Shown in pieces: positions 38,749 through 50,000 of a stretch of 64,000 bases of DNA. The stretch is from Camelus dromedarius (taxonomy: Eukaryota): contig NC_087458.1 in assembly GCF_036321535.1 (NCBI RefSeq), forward strand, positions 3,100,001 to 3,164,000, in the 5' to 3' direction. The stretch's first letter is position 1; each line of letters starts with the position of its first letter. The notes under the pieces are model-generated. The model was not told the DNA's origin. It ran no database searches and saw only the letters and a program-made list of their open reading frames with translations. The position numbers and the translations under genes are program-made.

Positions 38749-39750
38749 CTTGAGACATCGCAGGCGCCCGAGCNNNNNNNNNNNNNNNNNNNNNNNNNNN
38801 NNNNNNNNNNNNNNNNNNNNNNNNNNNNNNNNNNNNNNNNNNNNNNNNNNNNNNNNNNNNNNNNNNNNNNNNNNNNNNNNNNNNNNNNNNNNNNNNNNNN
38901 NNNNNAGCCCGAGCTTCAGCCCCTCCCTCCACAGCCGGACCCAGCCCCTGCACGTCTTTGGCCGGTGTGCAAGACCGGTAGACCCGGAGGGAATGAACAG
39001 CCCGAAGGATCGCGGGGTCTCCGGGAAAATGCAGAGAAGGTGGACCCGAAGTACCTGGGAGAGTGGGCTTTGCCACGGCAGAATGGGGAGGGGATGAGCT
39101 TTTAGGGAGCCAAAGGTACTTGAAATGTGGAGGGAAAGTATCGAGAAGTGCTAAATCTCAGAGAAATGGGAGAGGGTGTAGCGAAGTTGGAGCAGATACC
39201 CTCATCTCCCTCACTACAAGTTTAACCAGCTAAAATCAAGAGTTCTACCAACTCGGGAAACGGGGAGATCTGATCCATTTTCGGGAAGCTATGGAGTCGT
39301 GAATAGGTCATTTCAAGACGGCTTGTCTCAATTCTTCACCCCTTCCCCTCCCCCTCACAGTGTAGCTCGTGGTCTGGCAGTAGAACTCCGCAGCAAAAAA
39401 GTTTGGTACGGAGCGCGGGACTTACCAGTGCAGTGGCAGGGAGCAGGGAGGGGGCTCGGACGGCTCAGAGGGTGGTCTGGGGCGGTGGGGGGGAGGGGGC
39501 CCGGCGCCGCTCCCGCGGTCTGCACGGCTGGAGGTCAGTCCGGCAGCTGGACGCTGCAGCCGCAGCTCCTCCTGGGCGGGAGCTCCGCCCGGCCCAGCGC
39601 TGGGGCTGGGGCTGGGGCTGGGGCCGCCCTCTCCCGTGTAAGCCCGCCAGGACCGCGGAGCAGTGGGGAGGGGCGGAGTCTGAGGCGGGAGAGGGAAGGA
39701 CTCAGAGGCAGGCGCTGGAAAGATTAACTCCTCTAGTGAGTGGATCGAGA
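38400..39750. promoter_or_regulatory. CpG/GC-rich PIAS3 promoter and exon 1 region (interrupted by N gap 38774-38905)
   Basis: High CpG density and GC boxes around PIAS3 exon 1. Boundaries approximate. Confidence 0.75.
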
Positions 39751-40759
39751 GAGTCGTTCTTGGATCTCATCATTGTCACTACTGCTCTGACCCTTGTGCT
39801 GCTGTATGCGCTTAGGGTGGAGGCAGGGTGCAAAGAAGACTGTGGATCGGGAATCTGATAGCATATAGAGGTGCCTACTTAGAATCAGGCGCTGTCCCTA
39901 AGGGAAAGAAAACCTGGGCTACTAAAATCCAAAGTGTACCTAAACCCTAACTCTACCTGTGGTCCCCTACCCTCTACCTCAAATACAAAGACTTACCAGA
40001 GACCGCACACCTTTGCTGTAGCTGAAGGCAAACAGAAGGGAAGTTTTCTCACCCAAGAAAGGCATCTTTCTGACAGTCTGAACTGCTTACTGTCCTTCCT
40101 CCAAAGCCTTAGACTTTCCAGAGGCCCCATTCTCAACTAAGCTCATCATTCACAGTCAGATCCCTTGAAAGTACCAACTTTAGAGCAGTTTACCCAAACT
40201 AGGTAGTTGAAAACTCATAGAATTTCATATTAGTTGGCTGGGACCTAAGTGATAACTGTCTTGTTCAATAAATATTTGAATGCTGTTCAGAGAATGTTAG
40301 GTGCTGAGGACATAAAATCCTTGCAAGAGTTCTCAGTCTAGCATCAGTGACAAGATGGTTAAACCAATAACTGGCAAACAAAGAGTGCTTTAATAAACAA
40401 TATGAATAATCCTCACATTTAGCTTAAACCTTCAGTATTACCTTTCCCATGAGACCTCACAGCCATAGGACAATATCCCCAAGTACCTGTTGAACTAGAT
40501 CGTGCCCAACTACATTGCAGATTTTATCCCTAAGGAGGATATCCACCCTCTCCTGACACTCAGGTTCTCACCTTGCTGCTCTGCTGCCAGCAATGGTGGG
40601 AACTCAAGTTCAAGTATTTGGTTCTAAATCCCAACTGCTCCCTCCAACACTTGAGTCTGCACAGGCCCGGAGCTCATTTTTCTGTTCTCTTAAATCCACT
40701 AGATCAAAAGTTACTATGGACTAGTTTGTATCTTCTAGAATTTTCAGTGGTTTCAGAGA

Positions 40760-40930
40760 GAGAGATGGGGGTAACTCTTTGGGAGTGATGGATATGTTCA
40801 TTACCTTGATGGTGTGATGGTTTTATGGGCCTATACATATGTCAAAATTTATCAAACTGCACACTTTACATGCGGTTTATTCTATGTCAATTATACCTCA
40901 ATAAAGCTGTAAAATGTAAAAGAAAAAAAG
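40760..40930 (+). mobile_element. Old L1M 3' end
   Basis: gtgatggatatgttcattaccttgat...tatgtcaattatacctcaataaagctg plus an A-rich tail. Confidence 0.7.
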
Positions 40931-41002
40931 AAAGTCAACATCACCTTGATTTCTAATGATTTCATGGAGGGGGCGGGAATCTCCTTTAATAATTAATTTG
41001 AG

Positions 41003-41222
41003 TCCCCAAGAAAAAGAGGAAATTCTCTTCCAAGGAGGAGCTGCTCAGCAGTGGACCTGAAGAGGCTGCTGACAGCAAGAGCAACAGCTCCAAGAAAAAG
41101 AAAAAGTTCCAAAAGCTATCCCAGGAAGATTGGAAAGGACATTTCCCTGATGTGGCACAATCCACAGAGATATTTCCCAACCCATCCCCTCTATCCTAAT
41201 AAAAACAATTCACAAGAAAAAA
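41003..41222 (+). pseudogene. NOP56: 5'-truncated processed pseudogene (retrocopy) of NOP56: C-terminal codons, 3'UTR and polyA
   Basis: 41005-41130 translates as PKKKRKFSSKEELLSSGPEEAADSKSNSSKKKKKFQKLSQED, matching the NOP56 C-terminus as I recall it. TGG sits where the stop should be. AATAAAAACAATTCACAAG and an A-tail follow. Degenerate TSD at 40988-41002 / 41223-41236. Confidence 0.88.
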
Positions 41223-42045
41223 AATAGTTAATTGAGATTATAAGTTCTAGCATCCCCACAGTATAACATAAAACTAGGAACCAGGGCACCTGAATCTGAT
41301 CCTGCGTGCAAGCTCGCTCTATCCCCAGGGCCGGGCACATAGTAGACCCTTTAAATCTCAGTTTAATAAATTACTGTTACCAGACAAAGGATGGAAGCTG
41401 CAAATCAGGACCACGTTTCAGATGGAGGGCATTCAAAAACATAGTCTGAACCCCATCATGGCTCACCAGGCTTCACCTACTCTCCTGCATACACTCCAAC
41501 ATCTAAAGCCAGGAGAACGAAGAGGAGTGAAACAGGAGTAATTAGTCCCTGCTGAAGTCCCAGTAAACAGACAGCCCAAGAGGAAAGAAGGGAACATTAA
41601 GACTACAGTTACTTTGGGAAAGAAAGATTTATTTATGAAATCAAGGAAACTGTCAGGGCTTGGGGTTATTGAGGTAACAATTTATGGGGGTGTCTAGAGA
41701 AAGGCTGCTTAGGAAGACCAGGAGCTGGAGAAAGTTCCATTTCTGTGTTAGCATTAACATCACTGACCGTTCCCACAGCTCAGCCATCCTGGGATCGGAT
41801 TCCAGGAGCCGCAGAGGAAGCCAAAGCCCTGCCTCCCATCACCAAAGTTGTTTCCTGCTTCGTGCTTGAACTGCACAAAATGATCCACCCCTCTCTGGAC
41901 CCTGTTCTCTGCAGTTTCTTCATTCTTCCCACACCACACCACACCACATATATTATATGGAAAGTAAATCCTTTTCTATTATTTGGTAACTCTAAGAGCA
42001 GGAAGGAAAAGAGAGGTTGTGTTCCCCTTAATAGACATGGCTTGG

Positions 42046-42149
42046 GTATGTATGCATGTATATGTATGACTGAAACACTAGGCTGTACACCAGAAATTGA
42101 CACAACATTGTAAACTGACTATACTTCAATTAAAAAAAGAAAGAAAGAA
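42046..42149 (+). mobile_element. Extremely 5'-truncated young L1 3' terminus with 13-bp TSD
   Basis: Same terminal L1 sequence as about 6055-6130. TSD AGACATGGCTTGG (42033-42045) / AGAAATGGCTTGG (42150-42162). Confidence 0.85.
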
Positions 42150-42889
42150 AGAAATGGCTTGGACCTTTTGATGCTCCTTTGGCAGCTGCACCCTTCTTTT
42201 TCTCCATCAGTCTGTCCTCTCTGCATTCTCCCAGACCCATTCACACAAACACCAGAGCTGACTCTCCTGTAGGAACTCATCTACATAGCTGCTCTCTTCC
42301 TGGCCAAACCTTGGAGCCAGGCTCTGCAGCTTCCACCCACTCCCCGCGCCACCGTCCCGCCCCCGCTCCCCTCCCTGCCCCCCCCCCCCGCCCCCGTCCC
42401 CGACCCCCACCCCGCCGGGGCCCCAGTCTTCCTTGAGCGCTCCTCCCACTCTTCTCTAGGCCCAGTCAGTTTCTGTACTGCCAAACCCCAAATCCGCGGG
42501 GCTGGCCCAGCAGAACCCAGAAGGGGGCGGGCTGAGAGAAGGGATGGAGGGATCAGTGTGGGGGCCACCAAACGGCAATTCCAGATTTTGGAGGAGCTCG
42601 CTGCCTCACTCTCACCTAGCAGTCCGGACCGCTGGCGGAGAGGCAGGAAGGGGAGGAGACCCAGGGGAAGTGGCCAAGAGAGATACATTTTTTCAGCCTG
42701 AGAACAGAACTGGAGGGAAGAAGCCAGCTCCGAGTATCCCTTTGTCCCTTTTCTAGGTAGGAATCAAGACTTTTCATCCCTCTTTGCACCTAGAACAAAG
42801 AACACTGACCACAAGAGACCTTGTACCTCAAATCTAGATACATGGTTTAACATATGAGAGAATATTTTAGATTGTACATCTTGAAGAAA

Positions 42890-43053
42890 ATCCAGGTCTC
42901 TCAATTGCTCTTTATTAAAAATGATAGTGGACTCAGGAGTCCAAAGGTAAAGAAAAAAGACCAGAGCTGTGTCAGTCAGTAAAGACACACTTGAGAAGGA
43001 GAAAGGAAGTGTGTCAAACCTCATTTTTGCTGTTTTTCAGACTGAGTCTTGAC
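42890..43053 (-). other. ANKRD35: Probable non-coding terminal exon of ANKRD35 with polyA signal
   Basis: Donor CT|GTGAGT at 44023, 27 nt after the stop. Acceptor TAG| before 43053 with an upstream pyrimidine tract. AATAAA on - strand at 42911-42916. Confidence 0.55.
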
Positions 43054-44050
43054 CTATCAGTGGAGATGTTGTAACCAATATTTTTTTGATGGAATATAGA
43101 AAAGAATAGAAATAGTAAGGGTAAGTATTATTTCAGGTATGTAAACACAGGATGTAAAATGTATTTCTTACTATGGATCATAATCAAAGTCTGAAAGCAG
43201 CTAACTTATGAGGCCACTTGTGATCAAAAAGAAATGAGAAAGATTCCTTCCCCCACTCCCTCTTAGAGAGAAAAAAAAACAGACACCCAACACCATCCTG
43301 CCTGCTGCTTTATTTTCCTTAGCGTTGCCTTCCAACCACACCTCCTCAGGTTTCATCCATGCTGATTCCATGGCTCAGGTTCTCAGGTCTGGAGTTCAAA
43401 TCATCAGGTGAAGCCCCACCCACACTACCCTCAGTGGCCAACCACCACCCACCACAGCCTGATGGAGCCTCTGGCAACCAAGGATGCTCTGTTCCCTGAA
43501 AGAAGAAATTCAAGGGTGAAATGCACATAATTCCATACCCTCAGTCTCCTCCACCCACACCAAGATGCTAAAGATGATCCTCATCTCTTTGGACTGGAGA
43601 AGACAGCCAACTGTATGGAAGCAGGGAGGAGAATGGAGGATGACCACACTGAATGAGTGGTGAGGGAGTGAAGGAGGGATTCTGGAATTTGTAGAGTACC
43701 ACACTGGGAATCAACTGGGCACCGCTGTCCCACCATCACTCATCTTTCACTGGTGTCTATACCCCAGACTTTAGGAGAGTCACTCAACTCCTCTTTTCAG
43801 TCTCCATCGCATAAGTCAGACCCCTTCAGTCCATCTACTCACTGACTCCTGACTCCACCCAGTGATTCCCCATATCAGGGTTTCTCAATTGACCTCACCT
43901 CGAATGCTCTATGCCCCACAGGACCCCCTAGTGTCAGCTACCACATGGGGCAAAAGAAGACTCCAGTTTCCATCCATCCTTCTGCTTCGTCTCCCAAGCC
44001 CTTTCTCCCAACCCACGACTCACAGCATGTTCTTCAGGGCACAGGCTGCC

Positions 44051-47000
44051 TCACTCCTCCTGCATGCTGAGGATTCGCAGTAGGATATTGTACACATCCT
44101 GTTCCATGTAGCCCTGTAGGTGGCAGGAAAGAAACAAAAGGAGAAGAACAGAAAGTGGGAGAGTTTCTGTGGTGCAGTAGAATGCTACTTACCAACTGTG
44201 TGCCCTCGCTTATGGTACTTAACTTCTCAATGGCTGTTTCCTAATCTTTACAAGGAAGATAACCATGTCTACTTTTCCAGATGGCTGTGGGAGTTACAAA
44301 GCACCTAGTGCATAATAAGCGTTTGATTCTTTGTAGTTTATTATTTTTCCTAATAAAGGAGCAAGCCACCCACCTCTTTTTCAGGAAAAAGCCTTACAGT
44401 GGACCAGAGAATTGAAAAGGAGGGGCAAACACCTCTCCCCCCCACATTCATGCACAAACTCTCTTGATCTGCCTCTGAGATCCAGAGACCTGGCACTGGA
44501 ATATCTAAAGTCCAGCCTTCTGAGAGATGACAGGAATGTGCAGGTAAGAGAAGGGACCCCAAATGCAGTGCCGCCTGCCCATCTCTCTACCTCTGCCTCC
44601 TCCGATGCTCACCTGAGCGGCATTCAGCAGATGATTCCTATAGGTGGAGATGATCTCTTCGTGGTTCTTCTGGGAATCCTGGGAGTGAGCATCAGTGGGA
44701 GGTCATATGCCCCACCTCCCACACTCACCCGGATCCCCTCAACACGAAGAACAATGGGGTAAGGTGGTCAGCTGTGCCAGGTAGGCTCCCCTGGCCATCC
44801 CTGACTCAGCCTAGACCACTGCCTGCCTGGCCGGGCCCCTGGAATCCCCAGAATCTCTCCCATGGACATATCACTTCCACTGTGCACCCCCTTCTCTAGC
44901 AGCGTACATCTCCCTGAGGGCCAAAACACACCTGCAGCTGTAGGGTGAGGCGAGCACTTTCTCCCCGAGCTGCTAGCACCTCCTCTGAGAGCTGCTCCAG
45001 CTTCTTCAGCAATTCCTTGATCTGAGGCCACAAGAAGAGAAAGGGAACCCACGAGGCCCCCATCATTTCCCACCTGGAGTCAAGTCAGTTTCATTTTACT
45101 GGGTATTCAATATCTGCCAGATACGTTTACACTCATTGTCTCACTTCATACTCAAAACGGCTCTTCTTCTGTTCCAACAAGAATGGTATTTCTCAGAGGG
45201 ACGTATTGGTCACATTTTGTAGGTAAGGAGCCTGAGTTAAGTAATTTGTCAAAATCATACAGCTAATAAATGACAAAATCAAGGTTTGAAGCAAGATCTC
45301 TTTGAATTCATGGTCCATGCTCTTAACTCTGAACTGGATCCCAGTCTTCTTCTGGCTACTGACCACTGAGGGAAATGGAGATGAGTTTTTATGGCTTGTG
45401 AGGCTGAGGCACGAATTCGGTGAATGATAACCAGCAGGATTAGGAATGGTGGTAATGGGAATAATGAAAATAGCTAACTTTTATTGAGTACTAGCCATTT
45501 GCCAAAAATTCTTCTGAGTATTTTTTAATAGAATACCTCATTTAATGTAATCCTCACAATGATTCTATTATTATCCCCATTTTATGGTGATGAGAAAATT
45601 ATGATGAGAAAACTGAGGCTTAGAGGCTTCGATAACTCACCCAAGATCAAACAGTAAGTTTTGCAACTGAAACTCAAATGCAGATAATCTCAGTTCAGAG
45701 CTGACGGCGCTACTTATTTTTGACCATTTTTCTACTTTTACCTTCTCCTTCAACACCAACACAACATTCCTTGCTTTAACTAGCCTCACGCCACACTGAT
45801 CCCTATTCTGTATAACATCCCTTCTATTTTTCTGTACTTTATCTTATGTAAAATGTATACTCCCTATATTTTTAAGCATTCTAACTTTGGTCACGTGCAC
45901 ACATTTTAATGAGTCTAAATTCATTCATTTCACAGATAGTTCTAGAATTACTAAATTCATTGGTAAACTGATTTTTTAGAATTCATAAAACATGTCTCTT
46001 AGAAACATGTAGACTTGCATTTAATTTTAGAGCAATCCTTAGGAAACTCAGGTATCTAACAACAGTGCTCAAGCTTTTTTCTTCGCATTGGCACCCTCTT
46101 TGTCAATGGAAATCTTGTGCAGAATCTACTCTGAAGTGGGAGGGGAAAAGGGGGCTATAGCTCAGTTTACTTTTCTTAACCTCTCAGCCCCCGGAGTCAC
46201 CTCCTCAGAACCCTAGCAAAACCATAGCTACTCGCTGTATTATCAGATGTCTTAAATACACTATTTAAGTCAAAATCCTAATAAACCAACGGTGGTAGCC
46301 CTGAGCACACTGCTGCTGAACCCTGAGTCCCAAATTTTAATACCTAAGTGTCCCCTTCTCTCTTCTATTTATAACTTACCTCACCTCCAGTCTCAACCCC
46401 AAGCCCCCCAAACTCAGGAGAACAGAGCATGGTCCTTGCAGATGACTGGTGTTCTATTTGGGGGATTACTCTGATGAACCGAAGGTAAATTCAGGTTAGC
46501 AGACCCCTGAACACACAGAAACCTTCCCTGACGCTCCCTCGCCTGCTCACCTTGGCCTCCTTGTCCCGACAAGCGCCAATCAGATGCTCCACCTTGTCTT
46601 TCAGCAGCTCCGCCGTTTTCTCGAACTGCTCCGAGCGCCCGCGCATCTCGCTGGCCTGGCGCTCCTGCTCCGCGGCGCGCGCCGCTAGGTCCCCGCTCCT
46701 GCGGCGCTCCTCGGCCACGGCCTCCCGCAGCCGGCCCGTCTCTCGGCAGGCGGTGTTATACTTTTCCAGCAGAGCCTTCAGCTCCTGGCCCCACGCCTGG
46801 GCCTGGGCCACCAGCGATCCGCGAGTCCTCTCGTGCTGCCGCAGACTGGCGGCCTCCCGGGCCCTCAGCGCGGCCACCTCCTCCGTGGCTTGGTAGAGCA
46901 GCTGCTTCAGCTTCCCGATCTCCTGGCTTTTCCCGCTCATCGTGGCCTGGACCGCCCGCAGCTCTTCCTCCAGCTTCCCCAGGTCTTGCTCCAGAGCGGC

Positions 47001-50000
47001 CACTTGGGGGGGTGCTGAGACCTTGCAGGAGGCCCCCTGCTCCCCACGTGGGGCAGGGGAACTTCGAAGCCGCTGGTTTTCCTCTTCCAGCCGAGCCAGC
47101 GCCTGCTGGGCCTCGCGATGCCTGTCCACCAGGGCGCTGATGCAGGCCTGCAGCTCCTCCAGGGGCTCGGCCACTGTGCTCCGGGCACTCGCCTTGCCCA
47201 CCAGGTCTGGGGGCAGGCGGTCCCACAGCCCTTGGAGGCCACTGCTCTGGGAGGCCAGGCGCTTCCGCAGCTTCTCGGTGGCCTGCTTCTCCATGGCCAG
47301 TTCATCTGTCAGCAGCCCCACGCTCCGCCGCAACTGCTGTAGCTGGACCTGCGCCTCTGGCTTGGGCACAAACTCCCGCTGGAGTCGCTGGCTCAGGGAC
47401 TGCAGCTCCCCCTGCAACCGCTGCCGCTCCCGCCCCAGTTCCCCCAACTCCTCCAGCAAGTTACTGTTGCTCAGTCTCAGTGCTGACACCTCCTTCTCCA
47501 GCTGCCCCTCTGCCAGGCCTCCTCCTGCCATCTGTTCCCTTCCAGGGGCCCCTAGAGGCTCTCCCCGGACCCCAGGAGCCCTTTTTTCTCTCCCTTCATC
47601 CCATTTGGTGATGGCCTCTGGGCCTACCTTTGGGGCTCCCTCTCTGGGCTCCTGGGCGGGGGCCTCAGGTTTTAGTTGCAGTCCTGCCTTTGCTCGATCC
47701 AGCCTCACCAGCACCCGCTCCAACCTGGCCTCCATCTTCTCCCAGGCAGCTGCTGCTGCCTCAGCCCGGGGCGTCCCCAGAGCTCCCTCCAGGACTGGTC
47801 TTGACAAAGCTCCCCAGGCAGCATCCTTTTCTCGCCACACCGCAGCCAGATCCTCCCTCAGTTGTAACAGGAGTTGGTTCATGGCCACTGTGCCTGTTGG
47901 TTCTGCCCCTGGGGCCTGGCGCCTCTCTTTCTGGCCGGCACACAACTGGTGTGTATGATCGGGGCCGAGGGCCTGCCCACTACTAGTGGTCAGTTGCTGT
48001 CCAGTGGCTTTCCCCATGGTCTCAGACTTTGGGCTCTGGGGTGGCCCCTGTTCTTCTGGTTGGGACCGTCCATGAGCTTCATACTGGATCTCCCCTGGGG
48101 CCGAATCCTCAGCCTTGTTGGAAGCGAATACTGGGTTTGCTGCACCTGCTGCCTGCAGCTGCTTCAGCTCTCGTACGCGCTTAGCCAGCAGGCCCAGAGG
48201 ACAGCCCTGCTCCATGCCGTCTCCTCCAGGCCGGAGACTAGAGCTCTGGCCTTCTGGACCTGCGGGCTCTTGGGAGAGGAGGAGCCCCAGCTCCTGCACC
48301 TGCTCGTGAATCTGGTTCTTCAGGTCCAGGTAAGCTGCGGCTTGAGCCTTACACTCTTCTGTCTTCCGCACCAGCTCCTGCTCCAACTGAGAAACTTTCC
48401 TCTGCTCCTCTTCATACTTCCATTTCCACTCTTCTGAGCATGGGTCTTCCTCCTCCTCTTCCTCCGGCTCCTCCTCAGGCTCTGCTCTCCATGGGCTCTT
48501 AGGTGGAGAACCCACCTGAGGCTCAGCTGGAGAGGCCTATGAAGAAAAAGGAAGAGTGAAGTAAATCCAGGCAGCTGACCCAGGAGGGCCTTTCTTCCCT
48601 TAGACTGTCTCGATGCCCCAGTGATCACTGCCTGGGAGAAATCCCAGTGGGAAAGCCTGGGGTGGATCAGGAGCAAAAGGGGCAGGCACTTAGGGTCTTA
48701 CCTGGGATGCAGGATCTGGGTGTTGAACTAGCTGGTGACCTATATGAAAAGACATGGGGGAAATGAGAGAAGAGATGGGGTCCCTGTGCTTCTAGCCCAC
48801 ACTCTGTCTTCAGCCCTTTTCTGAGAGGAGTGGGCCCTCAGCGCTGATGACCTTACCACACATGTCTTTCTGGTGCCAGAAGCCACCCCTATCCGATGGG
48901 TCCCTAACTATCTGGCAGCCTCGGTTCCCTGTCTCAGATATGCCAGCTCATTCATTTTTTTCAGTCACTTATTCATTGGACACTGTGCCTGGTACCGTTA
49001 TAGGCACCAGGACCTCAGTGGTGAGCAAAACAGAGATGGCCTGTCATCTGAGGGGGTTACGGTCTAGTAGGGGAGAGAGAGACTGACCATCGAGCCACAC
49101 ATGTACAACTACAACTCACAGATGCCAGCGACAGCACTGGTCAGAGATGCCTTCAGGGAGAGACAAGGCTGCAGTAAAGAATTTGGGGAATTTGGAGTCA
49201 TCTCCCAGCAGCAGCAATAAATAAGAAAACACTCAACTAAAGTGACCAATATTTGTCACGTGGATTATTTCCATGGGAACAAACGGTGTTTTAAGAAGTT
49301 TCTTTGATTCTAAGTCAATCGTGGAGCATCTTGAAGTTACAAAAGGGTATCCGCTTTACCTCCACGCCCCTGCCGGCTCAGGGCCTGCTGCAGCAGCCTC
49401 CACAGCGTCCCGTCCTGCGTGCGCAGAGCGTACTGCAAAGCATCGTGGCCCATGCTGTCCACAGCCCCCACATCTGCTCCATGGCTCAGAAGCAGCTCAG
49501 CCACTTCGGCACTGCCCTTTTCACAGGCCAGAATCAGAGCCGATCTGTGGGTTGGGACAAATCTGAGCATAGGCTTCTCCCATGGAATCCAGGAGTCCTG
49601 GTTTCAGAAAGTCACTCACAAGGTCATCTCTCACACAGTGTGCTCAGGGGAGCTGCAGACCAATGCCGGCCAGTGACAAAGCACTAGACTAGACCAGAAC
49701 TTTTCAAATGTTACTCCTTGCAGCTGCAGCATCAGAAAGCAGAGGCCCAATTGGAAGGGCTCCATTTTCATCTGCTTTATATACTGAGGTTCTGCATAAA
49801 TTCTTTATTGGGAAAAAAGGATTCCACTGTTTAGAAGATAGTTTGGAAACCAGTAAATTAAACTAGTGGATCCAGAGGAACTGATTCTACTGGCAGAGTC
49901 TTCTGTGCTGGGAAGATGGTGGTGGCAACAGCAGAGTAGGGACGTATGAGGATAACGTTCTCAACTTCCCGGGAGGAAAATAGGGAGGCAGCGGCAGAGC

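Noticed and set aside
39250-39290. STAT (GAS)-like sites in the PIAS3 promoter suggesting STAT3 feedback
   Set aside because: Matches are imperfect (TTCCCGAAA, TTTCCCGAG) and expected by chance.
46942-47958. 338-aa plus-strand ORF and neighbours opposite ANKRD35 exon 10
   Set aside because: Antisense shadow of a GC-rich Glu/Gln/Leu coiled-coil exon, with Ser/Ala-rich nonsense composition and no independent gene signals.
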